Shown: positions 51,001-64,000 of the stretch, in pieces
Numbering within the stretch: the stretch's first letter is position 1
Layout of the letters: every line of letters starts with the position of its first letter
Source: Octopus bimaculoides
Taxonomy: Eukaryota
Direction of reading: 5' to 3'
NCBI RefSeq assembly: GCF_001194135.2
Contig: NC_068998.1
Coordinates: forward strand, 32,855,799 to 32,919,798
Length of the DNA stretch: 64,000 nucleotides
Position numbers and translations under genes: made by a program
Notes under the pieces: model-generated
Told to the model about the DNA's origin: nothing
The model's input: the letters and a program-made list of their open reading frames with translations, nothing else
Database searches by the model: none

Positions 51001-51295
51001 GACTTACACGTTATCATTGACAGAAACTTAAGAAATATTGGAAGCAAAGAAGAAAAATATTGTATTGGATTCAGAGGATAGTTCCAGTGATAAACTAAAT
51101 GGTTAAAGAGCAGATACCCAGGAAGAATAAAACCAGAAGTTAACTGCTGTAATTAAAGAAAGAATTAAAAATATCTGACTTTTGAAAAAGATTCAAAAAT
51201 GCAAAGCAAGTTAGACGATACTTAAGAGAGATTAATGAAATATATTCTGGAGTTGGCAGGTAAGGGGGCAGTAATTTCGTGATTATCTTTTGTCT

Positions 51296-51375
51296 TTTAC
51301 TTATTTCAGTCATTAGACTGTGGCCATGTTGAAGCACTGTCTTGAAGAATTTTTAGTTAAATGAATCAACCTCTG
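51296..51375 (-). mobile_element. SINE family A 3' fragment
   Basis: ttttacttatttcagtcattagactgtggccatg tail only. Confidence 0.7.
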
Positions 51376-51379
51376 CACT

Positions 51380-53165
51380 AATTTTTGGTACAGCAATTGC
51401 AGGAGAAATACCTAGCCAAAGATAAACCCCTATACTTAGCTTTTGTTGATTTGGAGAAAGCCTTTGACAGGGTCCCCCGATCTCTTATCTGGTGGGTGAT
51501 GTGGAAACTGGGGATTGACGAGTGGTTAATAAGAGCTGCACAGGTCCTGTACTGGGATGCTGTTTGTAAGGTAAGGGTCAGCAATGAGTATAGTGAAGAA
51601 TTCCAGCTAGAAGTAGGGGTTCACTAAGGATCAGCCCTCAGCCCCCTCTTATTCATCATAGTCCTCCAGGCAATAACAGAAGAATTCAAGACAGGTTGCC
51701 CCTGGGAGATCCTCTAAGCTGATGACCTTGCTCTCATAGTGGAATCACCACCAGAACTAGAGAAGAAATTTCAGGTGTGGAAGCAAGGTTTAGAGTTAAA
51801 GGGCCTTAGAGGCAATGTTGCAAAAACCAAAGTCCTAGTAAGTAGGAAGGCGAACACATCACAAACCCCTTCAGGTAGGTGGCTCTGCTCAGTTGGTAGA
51901 AAAGGTGTAGGTAGAAACTCCATAAGATGTAATCAGTGTAAGTTATGGATGCATAAGAGGTGCAGCAACATCAAAGGGAGATTAACCAGGAGGATAGCTT
52001 TTGAGTGTGGCAGATGCACCGGAGCAATAAACAGTGCAGATGCTCAGAAAACTGATTCCATCACATGCCAGTGGAAGAAACTAGAAATAGTTGATAGCTT
52101 TTGCTACCTAGGTGACCAAGTCTATAATGGGGGTGGATGCTCAGAGAGCATTACCACTAGAATAAGAATAGCCTGAGCAAAGTTCAGAAAGCTCCTACCT
52201 CTACTGGTGACAAAAGGCCTCTTGCTCAGAGTGAAAGGTAGATTGTATGATGCATGTGTGCAAACCTCCATGCTACACAACAGTGAAACATGGGCCATGA
52301 CTGCTGAAGACATGCGTAGGCTTGAGAGAAATGAAGCTATTATGATCCGCTGGATGTATATTGTCAGTGTGCACATATGACAGAATGTAAGCACCCTGAG
52401 AGAAATGTTGGACATAAGAAGCATCAAATGTGGTGTGCAAGAGAGACAACTGTGCTGGTATGGTCATGTGCTTCATATGGATGAGGAGAGCTGTGTGAAG
52501 AAGTGTTACTCCCTAACAGTGGAAGGAACCCGTGGAAGAGGGGAACCCAGGAAGACATGGGATGAGGTGGTGAAGCATGACCTTCGAACGTTGGGCCTCA
52601 TAGAAGCAATGATGAAAGACCGAGACCTCTGGAGATATGCTGTGATTGAGAAGACCCGGCAAGTAAAGTGAGATCACAGTGTTGCATAACCAACTCATTT
52701 AAAAAGTACCTTTGAATCGTTGGGCGATATACCATGCTTGAGGAGACCTACTGAGTCAAGTAAAATCAAAATCAAAATCAAATCAAATCAAATCACAATC
52801 AATTGGAAATTATAGTTGTGGCCAATGCCAGTGCTGCTTAACTGACTCCTGTGCTGGTGGCATGCAATGAGCACCATGCATGTGTGGGTCATTGCCAGTG
52901 CCGCCTGAATGGCTCCCCGTGCCAGTGGCATGTAAAAAGCACCATCTGAATGTGGCTGATGCCAGTGTTGCCTGACTGGCTCCCATGCTGGTGGAATGTA
53001 AAAAGCACCCACTACATTCTCAGAGTGGTTGGCATTAGGAAGGGCATCCAACTGTGGAGACATTGCCTGATCAGATTGGAGCCTGGTGCGGCCTCCTGGC
53101 TTGCCAGTCCTCAGTTAAACCGTCCAACTCCATGGAAAACGGACGTTAAATGATGATGTTGATGA
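51380..53165 (+). mobile_element. 5'-truncated RTE-clade LINE (RT, C-terminus and 3' UTR)
   Basis: QQLQEKYLAKDKPLYLAFVDLEKAFDRVPR, DDLAL, DSFCYLGD, RQLCWYGHVLHM...RGEPRKTWDEVVKHDL; (TGA)n tail near 53150. Confidence 0.95.
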
Positions 53166-53194
53166 TATATATGTACATCTTATTTTAATCTCTT

Positions 53195-53545
53195 TCTACT
53201 TGTGTCAGTCATTAGACTGCAGCTATGTTGCAGCATCACCTTGAAGAATCTCCAGTTGAATGCATTGACTCCAATACTTTTATTAAGCCCGGTACTTATT
53301 TTATCGATGTCTTTTGCTGAGTTGCTAGGTTACAGGGACATGAACACATCAACACTGGCTGTCAAGTGATGGTGCGGGACAAACACAGAAAGAAAGACAC
53401 ACACACACATACATATACAACAAGCTTCCATCTATCATATCCACTCACAAGGTCTTGGTTAGCTCAAGCCTGTAGTAGAAGACACATGCCCAAGATGCCA
53501 TGCAGTGGGACTGAACCTGGAATCACACAGCCTTGCCTGCACTTA
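53195..53545 (-). mobile_element. SINE family A
   Basis: Tail, body and head homology to 38086 and 47706. Confidence 0.8.
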
Positions 53546-53620
53546 CATGTATTTACATGTATGTATATATGCATTTATATATGAATACATATACATACAT
53601 ACATACATACATATATATAC

Positions 53621-53675
<55 letters not shown>

Positions 53676-53827
53676 NNNNNNNNNNNNNNNNNNNNNNNNN
53701 NNNNNNNNNNNNNNNNNNNNNNNNNNNNNNNNNNNNNNNNNNNNNNNNNNNNNNNNNNNNNNNNNNNNNNNNNNNNNNNNNNNNNNNNNNNNNNNNNNNN
53801 NNNNNNNNNNNNNNNNNNNNNNNNNNN

Positions 53828-53877
<50 letters not shown>

Positions 53878-54789
53878 TATAACTGAGCTTCCAAGTCCAT
53901 AGAGTTGTGTGTAAATGATTGGTTTTTGTATAGACAAACTTCCTCTTAATATAATTCTTAGGTAGAGCCAACATCACAATGTGTGATGAAGCTGGACCTT
54001 TAACATGGAAAATCCATCCAATGGCCTTACTATTTCTGGTTGCAAAATTTCACTCTCAAAGTATGGTTCAGCCTGAGGCTATAAAACTATACACTTGTCC
54101 AAGATAGCATGTAGTGGAATTTAAACTTGGAATTAATGAGTACAAAGTGAGCCTTTTAATGACTGAGCCAAGCAACACCTACATGATATAAACATACGCA
54201 TTTACATAAATCACTTTACTTTATTTGAACATTATATTACTTTATAACAAGTAGGTCTATATACCAATTACTTTCAGAACCTATGGCTATAAGATTTTAA
54301 TGAAACTTTTCATTTGTTATGTACCACCTACATTTTCCAAATTGTATTACAAATATGGCAACATCACTCTAGTAGTTTTTCATTCATGAACATAAGCAGA
54401 TAAACGTACACAGCATATTATGCTGATACACATTGGCACAGTAACAGAAGAAAAACTCAAAGCTAATCTGATTCTGTTAGCAGCAGAATAGTTGTTTTTA
54501 TACACCTTCTAATACATACTTTGATAAGAGATGTTTAAAAGAATCTTGTCACTCTAATCAACCTTTTCAATTTCTTCTATATACTATATACATTTTTGTA
54601 TGTTTTACTAACTAGAAGCTTGTCTGGGTGATTTTATATTATATTTTGTTGAACTTATGTTGCAAATACAATGAGCTCTTTGTTTATTAATTTCTTTTGC
54701 ACAATATTGCTTGTGTAATATTTAAGCTGCTCCTTTCAGTACTTTCAAATAAGTGTTACCTTTGTAAGAAGATAACCATTGATTATTTT

Positions 54790-54955
54790 TCACAAATAAA
54801 CAAATGTACATTCAGAAATGATAAAATGGGTGCTAGTCAGGCAGCCCTGGGCTCAGCCACAAACTATGATTTCACTTGGTTCAATGGTTCTTCACAAGCA
54901 CCGCATATTGCCTAATGATTGAAAGGTGCTTTTAAATGGGCCTGTTATGTGACAC
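54790..54955 (-). mobile_element. RTE 3'-tail fragment
   Basis: gatttcacttggttcaatggttcttcacaagcaccgcatattgcc resembles 30420-30470 and 30620-30665. Confidence 0.55.
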
Positions 54956-55039
54956 TATATATGTTATATATATATATATATGTATATATGTGTGTGTGTG
55001 TTTGTATATCTATTTTTATGTGTGTGTGTTTGTATATTT

Positions 55040-55280
55040 ATTTTTATGTGTGTGTGTGTGTGTCTTTGTGTCTGTGTTTGTCCCCCACCACTGCTTGACA
55101 AGCAGTGTTGGTGTGTTTATATTCCCGTAACTTAGCAGTTCAGCAAAATAGATTGATGGAATAAATACCAGGATTTAAAAAAAAAATACAAGTCCTGGGG
55201 TCAATGTGTTTGACTAAAAGCCCTTCAAAATGGTGCTCCAGCAGTCAAATGGCTGAAACAAGCAAAAGATAAAAGATAAA
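55040..55280 (+). mobile_element. SINE family A 3' half
   Basis: tgtgtttgtcccccacca...ggtgctccagcagtcaaatggctgaaacaagcaaaagataaaaga is the reverse complement of the family A tail. Confidence 0.8.
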
Positions 55281-55606
55281 ATATATGTTACACAGAGGGT
55301 GTTCAGGCTAAAATTGATAGTTTGCATTAAAGGACAAGAAATGGCAATATCTCATCGAAGAATAAAAGTAGTTTTAAAAAATCCAGAAATATCAGCCTTA
55401 TTATGGCTCAGAGATAAGTTTACTCTTAGCAGCTTCCCTCTTTTCCAATATTTAGATGGCTTCCAGTCCTCCATATCAGCTAACATTTTCTCAACTGCAA
55501 CTTTTAGTCTTTATGCTCTCCAATGCCATTAACTTTTTTTTATCAATTCATCAAGCCTTTCCTGTAAAAGTGAGAACATCCTATATCTGACAAAGGTACA
55601 TATGTG

Positions 55607-55661
<55 letters not shown>

Positions 55662-56231
55662 CACACATGACAAAGCCATGTATATCTGCTCTGCTCAGAT
55701 TACCTGATTGGTAAAACAAATTTCACGCTAGCTTGTTTTGTTTGAGTGGTTTGAAGTAGAAAAGTTTTCCCATGCACCTTTCCTATTTCCTTGCAAAATA
55801 TATGAAAGATAATTGAATTGTGAATTAAATGAGAAAAATTGTAAACATGACTTACTGTATAACAGTAAGATGTTGTTGTTATTGTTGTGGTTGTTATTTA
55901 CTTCCCTATCAGCCCAGGTTCATCAGACCTGTGTATAATGGTACTCTAGTTGTGACTAACAAGTGTTATTATTAAGATATTAGCATGTAATTTGTGGAGG
56001 ATTTATTTACTATTTCTAGCAGGTTGAGGAACCTGCATCTCTACATAACATAGAACTTAATGGTCTGCATTTAAGTTGCTGCATTAAAAATAAGTTATTG
56101 GTAGTATGAGGTAAACTGACAACTTTAGTGTACAAAGTTAGAATTCAGAGAATCAGTGAATCAATGGAAATATATTAGCAACAATATTTTCTCTAAACCC
56201 TGACTGAAAATTAGGTTTGTGTTCAATAATG

Positions 56232-56675
56232 AATATTGGTTTCAGTTTTGGCACAAAACCAGCATTTTGGGGAAAGGGGTAAGTCAATTACATTGACCCC
56301 CTCCCCACCAGTGCTCAACAGGTATTTATTTTATCAACCCCAGAAGGATGAAAGGCAAAGTTGACCTTGGAAGAATTTGAATTCAAAATGTAAAGATGGA
56401 TGAAATGTCTCTAAGCATTTTGCCCAGTGTGTTAACAATTCTGTCAGCTTGCCACCTTGATCGTAGTAAATATTGGTTTCAAATTTTGGCACAAGGCCAG
56501 CAATTTCAGAGGCAGGAATAAATTAATTACATTTATATCAGTATTCGACTGATACTTATTCTATTGACACCAAAAAGGATGAAAGACAAAATCAATCTCG
56601 GCAGAATTTGAACTCAGAACATAAAGATGGATGAAATATTGCTAAGCATTTTGCCTCTCAGTTTGCCACCTTGAC
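56232..56675 (-). mobile_element. Two tandem SINE family B copies (about 56232-56460 and 56470-56675)
   Basis: Both have the aaggatgaaag(g/a)caaa...gaatttgaa(t/c)tca core and end in ttgccaccttga followed by gtagtaaat. Confidence 0.85.
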
Positions 56676-59219
56676 TGTAGTAAATGTTAATAATAAATAT
56701 AATCAATGAAGTAATTTATAAAAGATGTGAATGTGCTGAAGAACACATTAGATATTCTCTGTGAATGGAAATTTCCATCATAGTTGTGGGAAGGAAACTA
56801 AACCCTAATGGTAATCATTAATGTTTTGTAATAAAAGATTTTTTTATCATGCTTGAGAGAAAAATCAGATCTTTGTTAGCTGTAGAATTGACAAAAAGTA
56901 TGTGTTTTAGAATTACTGAATCTCCTCAGTGTAGCAGAGTGATACTGAACCCATTTGATCAATAGAGCAGTAAGTTTTTACACATAGTACATTGATTTTT
57001 GACTAGCAGTAAGTTGTTTAAGATTAAGCAAAATTGGGTAAATTTAGTATACTCGTATATACACTTGATTTATCAAGAATAAATGTCATAGTCTTATTTG
57101 ACCTATTTACTTTAGTACAATTTTGCTTTATAATATTCAAATTATTGTAGTTCAAAACATTCTCCTGATTCTTTTCTGTTCATGTAAACATTACTGTCAA
57201 CCATACCAAGTTGATTCATGCTCACAATGTTACAGTGGTGAGGTTCAGTAAGTTTGAAACATGGTCATTACTGTCACCGTTCTTGCTTACAAATGTCAGA
57301 TTTTCCTTCAAGCATAATAATTAATTCCCTGAAATTAATCTTCATCTGATAGCATTGAAATGACAATCTTCCTTATCAAATTTTTGTTGGCTTCTTCATT
57401 CAAAAGCACCCAGCTCATGAACATTCTATCCTTTATTTTCTAGTCATAGTGTACTTCAGATTATATTCTTCAATGTGACTATTAAAGTGTTGAAAAAGGC
57501 CTTTTTATGACATTTCCTTGTTAGAGTTTGGAAACTGAAAGATAATGATTACTAAGTATAGTAATATTTCATTTAAAATATGCATGCTATAAATATATCC
57601 TGTTATGGATATGATTTCAGTCAAACTCTTGGGAGATAAATGAACTCAGCAAAGAGATCCAGAAAAGAATGACTTTTGCATTATACTGCAACAGCCTGCT
57701 TATGTTGTGCTGAACTTATTGTTGGTGATTATCAATGTTCTTTCACATTGATTACATTATTGTCACACATTTGATGTACATATAAGGAAAAATCTCACAA
57801 TCTTTTACTTTTCAGGCATAATGTATTCTGAATTATATCATGTATGCTTATCTAAACAAAATATCGATTATATGATGTAGGTTTTAGTACAACCACGAAT
57901 AGGAATGTTCCAGCAACTGAGGGTGGAGGAGAATTAAAAAAATGAAATTTAGAAGACCTTTAAGTATAATGCAAAATATATCTATAAGCATGTCAACCAT
58001 ACTTAACTCAGAGTTTGAGATAATTCAGCCGCTGCTATTTAGGTTCAGTATGACAATTCTGATAGAACATCTAAGCTTTTATTTGTTGTCATTCAATGAA
58101 TATGATTATGATTGGATTTAAAACCTAACCATATAAAAGAAAAACATCCGTTTGGATTTGCAAAATAAGAATTGACCCCTATATTAAGCAGTGTCACAAG
58201 CTTTAAAATTCAAGCTTACTTATTGACACATTTAGGATTTTCTTTATCAACTCAAGATATTTTATATATTTGATTTACTTTTTTACATTATGTTTATGTG
58301 AATTGTGATTTTCTTCACCCACTAGCAATTAAAAGTTACTTTTAAATAAAAGTGATTTATAAATAAATGAGTATACATTTATTTAGAAGTCATCTTAACA
58401 GAAGACTTTACTAAAGGGCATCAAGTATATGTTTCTCATTGATAATGGCTTCATCTGTTGAATAAGTACTTGATAATTTTTTATTGCAAATGCAAACACA
58501 TGCATGCATACATACACATGCACATATTAGATGAGTTTTGCTGAGTTAACTCTGTTTTGATTCTTAGAGCATCTGAGCATAAACTCTGTATTCTGATTCT
58601 CTTATAAGCGAAACAATTACCTTTATAAAACTTACACACTACACTTTCTTAAATATTAAGAGCCTTATTTTGTATTCATAAAGTTTTTTCTTACACACAC
58701 ACACACACACACACACACGCATGCATCTGTTTTTACTTAATGCTTTGAAATAGTTTTATTGCTTTTAAAATTTGCTGCTAAAAATGTTTGGGAACAACTG
58801 ACCTAGACTTTCTTTGTAGATCATCATTGTAGATGTTCAGTACAGACCACAGACGGGGAAGCTTTGCAGTAACAAGGGTGAATTGCAAATGCATAAAACC
58901 CTGTAGTATTGCATTTGCACTGAAATTATATACATTATAAATGATATAAATTAATACAATATTCTTTAGCTCATAGGAATGCAGTTTAAATTATTGTTTT
59001 GGTTTTAATATGGAATCTTAGAAATGTTATCTGCAGATAGTTTCAAACTCTGATTGACCTTCAGCTGTGTATCTCTCTCTAAATAGATAATCGTCACTAC
59101 AGACAACTCAGTAGGCTATCATCCCTGTACATTATCACTTTGAACCAACGTTACTATAGACTCTCTTTAAGATATGACAATGATGTAGGTCATCACTCTA
59201 AGATAGCATTACTGTAGAC

Positions 59220-59358
59220 CATCATTACTATGTAACATCATTACTATGTAACATCATTACTATGTAACATCATTACTATGTAACATCATTACTATGTAAC
59301 ATCATTACTATGTAACATCATTACTATGTAACATCATTACTATGTAACATCATTACTA
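59220..59358. repeat. Perfect 16-bp minisatellite (CATCATTACTATGTAA), 8 full copies plus a partial
   Basis: Direct reading. Confidence 0.97.
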
Positions 59359-59544
59359 TATGCCTTCAACAATACTGACCAACATTTTCAAATCAGTTTC
59401 TACCAGAACCCTCTTTAAGAAATGTTCAGTGAGAAGCCATTGGAGGTTTTGTTTGAAATAGTCTATTTTAATTAATTAACTGCAAAATCATTTTTGTCAC
59501 GTTTTTTTTTAAATTTAATTTTATATTTGTAATTTTAATGTGCA

Positions 59545-59760
59545 GGCATGGTTATGTAGTTAAGAAATTCAGCTCATAATAATGTAGTTTTAGTTTTGGG
59601 GTCAATCTTTCATTTATTTCCAGGTAAATGAAAAGTTTGTGCAAAGCTCATTGTGTGTATCAGTATGAATATTGGATTGTGTGTCTGAAACTTTGAGTTT
59701 CAGCAAAAGAAACTGATGGAATAGTTACTAGACTTAAATTAAGTACTGACATCCCTAAAA
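59545..59760 (+). mobile_element. Degraded SINE family A
   Basis: Head-like gcaggcatggttatgtagttaagaaattcagct. Confidence 0.45.
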
Positions 59761-61061
59761 TACATTTATATGGAAAATATTCAAGTATTTTGATATGTTT
59801 CTAAATGCATTTCATTGATTATTATCTGCAGCTTGCATATTCAACAGTCTGTCTTTAACTTTGGTGATTGTTTATCACATTCAGTTCTGCTTTAGAAATA
59901 TTTAGCAAATGCAAGTTGCATGGAGAGAAGTGATGGTAATTTGACAGTTTCAAACTCTATGAAACAAATTGATTGAGTAACAATTGGAACATAGTCATAG
60001 ATAATATCCTCATTATCTATCAAATAGCGAGCAGTCAGATTGTCCCACCACCATCAATGACTTTTGGTAATTGATATAATAGAACATATATTTGATACAT
60101 TTACTGAAACATTATAGGACTGCCATTCCAAAATCCATGATTCTTGTCATTCCTATTTATACTCACTGAATAATAACCAAAATAATATATACACAGGAAA
60201 TAAGCTCTGACACAGAATGGCTCCTTAAAACTAGAATACAATAATTTAAGATGACTACAATGATAATTCTTCTTCAGATAAGTAATTATCACATTCACAA
60301 AATAACTGGACAGTAAGATTAGAAAAAGTTCAGTTGGTCACTATTCACCAAATAAATAGCCAACTTACAGATAACTTTGTGGTTTATTTGGCTCTTTCCT
60401 GCTTGTTTCCTGTTGTTTTTAATTTCTGCTTTGGCTGGTTTTCAGATTCAAGCACTCAATTTATTAGTCTTAAATATGTTGGTTAGTCATGGTTCCATGT
60501 GAATTAGATGTATTATAGATTATTAGTTTTCATTTGATTAATGGTTGCTGTTCTATTAAGAGAGAGCACTGACCTTTTTCCAGGAAATATTAATAACCAA
60601 TTAACTAATCCTGTCCAATATTTACTTTTGCATTGAAGTTAACATGCTTGCGTATATATTTACAAATACATAAGGATTTATATATAGCTTTATGTGTATA
60701 CATTTATGCATCTATATATGTATATGCAAATGTGTGTATATGCACTTGTATTTACAGGGTAAAACTTTTCTTATAACATACTTTATTGAAAACGAGAGTA
60801 TATTTGGGTTTTAATTTTTTTAATTAAAGATTTTTCATATTTCCTTATTAATACTTTATGGTTAGCTTTGAGTAATAGCATTCTTAATTCCATCAATATT
60901 TTGAGATGCCCCATGTTCTATAGGAAGTGGTGGTGGTGACATTTTACTACCGCATTTTGTGGTAGGCAGCAAGGTGTCATGGAAATGGTTATGGAAGTTA
61001 AAATTCATAACTACTACTTTCATTTGGCGTGTGTCTATGTGTGTATTGATATTTTTATGTA

Positions 61062-61151
<90 letters not shown>

Positions 61152-61239
61152 TATATATATATATGTATATGTATGTATGTATATGTATGTATATACATGT
61201 ATGCATATAGCTGAAATTTTTTGAAAAACAAAAGATGAA

Positions 61240-62990
61240 GACAGGTGTATGAACAACAAACAAGTGTATTAGTTTGACATGCAGGGAAAATGAAAAGCTC
61301 TTACGTTTTGAGACTATGCTCTTCAACAAAAAGGAATAAGAGAAAATAAACAGAGAGAGAATGAAAAAAACTTATAGATTTCAGCAGACCAACATGGCAA
61401 ATGATTGGAAAAAAAGAGGTTTAAAAAAAGCGGCTGAATGAAAGGGAGATAATAAAGTGCTAGTGATCCCAACGAGAGAAGGTGCGCATGCGTGTATATG
61501 TATATGAGAATGGTGTGTGAGAGTGTGTGTGTGTGTGAATAGAAGCGAGTGAGGCCATTGTGTGTGAGTGTGTGCATGTGTAACATGTGTGTGTGTGTTG
61601 TGTGTAGCAGTTGATGTGTGCTTTTTCACGTGGTGTGTGCACATGTGTGTGTGTGTCTGTGACCAAATAGTGTGCATGTGTATGGTGTATATATGTGGGC
61701 GAAAGTTATCTTTGTCTATGTAGATTGTGTGTGTTTATGTGTGTTACATGTGTATGTATATATAGCCTGTGTTCAGGTATTATGTACTTGTGTGGGTGTG
61801 GGAGTATTTATTGTCTGTGTTCAGGTATTGCATGGTTGTGGGAGTGTGGAAGTGTGCAGGGTGTGTGGTGTTTGCAGTGAGTTAAACAGTGTGTGGTTGC
61901 TCATATAGTGGTATGTGTGGCGATGCCATTGAAGATTGTGTGTGGGTGTGTAGATGATGTGTGTTGTGGGTACTGAGAAGTGGTCAGTGCTAGTGTGTGT
62001 GGAGTGGTGTGGCGTTGGTATCAAGTGAAGAGAGGAGGTGAAGTTTGTGCCAGATGTAGAGAGGAGGTGAGTTGAGCCTATCTGGTGCAAAGGAGTGAAG
62101 GCAGGAGTCCAGAAGGCCCCTGTGCAAAGACAGTCTGAACACAGAGAGATGTTGTTATGAATGACCAGTAGAGAGGAAATGGTGCAAGACCAGGCTGTCA
62201 TTGCTGAGTCTGATGTCTCAGAAGTGCTCCACGAACTGGTCAGCCAAGGAAGGACAGAGAGAGCAGGAGATTCAGTAAATGATGTTACTAGAAGTGCAGG
62301 TAAAGGAGTTGGTGATGTGATGGGGGTGATATTGGGTGCCTGTGTGGATGGTGGTGTTGGAGAGGTAGGGGCAATTGCAACAGCATGGGCAGGAGCAGGG
62401 GAATGAGCCAGGCTGGGAAGTGGGGTTAGGGAAGAAAATGTGGACCAGGAGGTCACACAGGCTATGGGCTCGTTTGAAGGAGGGAAGGGGAAGATGTGTG
62501 AGGTGGGGGGTTGGACTGGAGTTGCTGGAAGGCTCAGAGAATAGTGCATTGGTGGGGTAGGGTGGAGGGGTGGTAAGTGAGTGTAAATGGGAGATGGGCA
62601 ACAGTGAGGTGGGTGCGAAGAGAAAGAGCAGAGGCACGGTCCACAGATTGTACCCTGGCAAGAGCAGTGTGGATAGCGGTGAGGTGATATCCACGTAGGA
62701 TGGTGAGCCATGAATTGAGACTGAGTCTCAAAGTCATGGTTGTCACTGCAGAGCCTGCACAGATGGAAGAATTGAGAGTAGGGGATGGAGAACTTGGTGT
62801 GAGTAGAGTGGGAGGATGAGAAGTTAAGGTAGGAGTGTGAATCAGTGTGTTTGTAGTGGATGGTGTATTCTGACAGAAATGTTGAGAAATTTGACAGAAG
62901 AGTTGGAGATAGTGCAGGAGAATTTCAGGGCAGAATGGAAGTATTGGACAAAAGGAGCCTAATTGTTTGTGGAGAGTGTTTGCAACCATA
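61240..62990 (-). mobile_element. Penelope-like element (Neptune-type): RT thumb + GIY-YIG, GT-rich 3' region and hammerhead-like terminus
   Basis: FHSALKFSCTISNSSVKFLNISV, HYKHTDSHSYLNFSSSH...SIPYSQF, GSFPCSCPCCCNCPYL...NSFTCTSSNIIY*ISC, LADQFVEHF. Minus-strand TTGAAGA-GCATAGTCTC-AAAA-CGTA at 61301-61327. Confidence 0.88.
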
Positions 62991-63021
62991 TATGTATGTA
63001 TGTATGTATATGTGTATCCAG

Positions 63022-63240
63022 CATGAAGAATTTAAGCGAGCTGCGAGAAAGTGCACGGCTCGTATAGTGAATGGGGAAAGCTTAATCTGCAATGTTTGCA
63101 ATCGTGTATGCTTATCAAGAGCAAGGCTCATTAGCTACCAACGGAGCCGTAAATGCAAAATGTAAGTTAGTACTAGAGCGCAGAATGTTCCTGAAGGTCG
63201 GCAATGGTCTTCCTCGGTCACGAGTGGACGGCCATCATGT
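63022..63240 (+). mobile_element. 3' end of an RTE/RTEX-like LINE with a C-terminal C2H2-like Zn finger
   Basis: LICNVCNRVCLSRARLISYQRS resembles CxxCxRxCxSRxGLxSHxRxH; ends gtggacggccatcat. Confidence 0.6.
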
Positions 63241-64000
63241 CTATATTATAATATATATTATATATAACTTATTAAGGTAGCTATCTGCAATTTACAGAAC
63301 AAATACGTACAGAAGAATAAGCTCATTACTGTGTTATATTCAATTTATGTAAATGGTCAGTGGCTGATATTTCAGTGCAACAAATGCCAAACTCACAGCA
63401 CTGAAACCAAGAAATAAGCTGCTATTAAGAGAAAGATGAAATAAGTTATATCAAGTTATCGTGTGTAATTCTACCACCCAATCATGATGTCTTACTGTCA
63501 GTAAGCTTTTGTAACTTGAAAATGTCCAAACAGGCTTTCATTCAGAAATTCCTGTGCAGAGAATTATCTTCCAATTATAAAGTCTACAACTATTATGAAG
63601 ATTTCTCCTATTATGCCACTCTGATAATACTACTGATGTGAACCTATTATTTTTTCATTCTTCCCATTTTAAAGATAGTATGCAAATAATGATCTCTCTC
63701 TCTCTCTCTCACTCTCTCTGTCTTTCTGTATCCATACACCCCAATAGTTGGCCCAGTGATTTAATCTGCAATTCATATCTGTAATACAAAATGCTTTTAA
63801 GTATGGATAAATAGTTATGATAATGAGAAAAAGGTGGAGGTACATATATCCTCCACTGATGCTTGGACTATATTGATAGATCGAGGAAAAGACATATAAA
63901 AACAAAGCATCTCAAAGCTTGAGAGAAGGAGAGAAAGAAATGGAAGGAAGATACCTCATTATTTAAACAATAACAGCTTTGGAATAAGAGAGGAGGGGGC

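Noticed and set aside
51296-53545. Idea that the RTE split one SINE with a large target duplication
   Set aside because: Both SINE pieces start at the same end, are clearly diverged from each other and have different flanks; independent insertions are more likely.
58818-58870. DHHC tetrapeptide after a good acceptor (DHHCRCSVQ)
   Set aside because: Lacks the DHHCPW..NCVG context of palmitoyltransferases.
59220-59358. Regular repeats (16-bp and 69-bp arrays) as CRISPR
   Set aside because: No unique spacers, no cas genes, eukaryotic context.
59880-60060. Protein-like open frames on both strands (WWDNLTARYLIDNEDIIYDY... / WNIVIDNILIIYQIASSQIVPPP)
   Set aside because: Weak or absent splice sites and no recognisable family.
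61821-62711. 296-aa Pro/Ser/Thr-rich ORF resembling a mucin
   Set aside because: Alternative frame of the C-rich strand of the Penelope-like element.

Overview
AT-rich eukaryotic (animal) DNA packed with (TA)n, (CA)n and (TATC)n microsatellites, with five N-gaps. The style of the tRNA-derived SINEs, RTE LINEs and microsatellites suggests a coleoid cephalopod, probably Octopus (inference, not checked). Almost all recognisable coding sequence is degraded transposable element: three Tc1/mariner elements, two Helitrons, two MULEs, three probable hAT relics, three RTE LINEs plus an RTE-like Zn-finger tail, a CR1/L2-like endonuclease, a Gypsy/Ty3 element, several Penelope-like elements (PLEs) and many SINEs. 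I could not name a host gene. A few short, splice-signal-bounded open segments may be exons of a long-intron gene, but their strand and identity are unresolved. There are no rRNA genes, bona fide tRNA genes or CRISPR arrays. The most notable structures are: a 155-bp-arm palindrome enclosing a hammerhead-like core; further hammerhead-like relics at PLE ends; a long-TIR MITE sharing a TA with a mariner end; a Helitron with both termini intact nested in a Tc1/mariner element; and a duplicated SINE-MULE-TIR junction. Most ORF-track entries are microsatellite, N-gap or antisense-TE artefacts. All identities were counted by eye.
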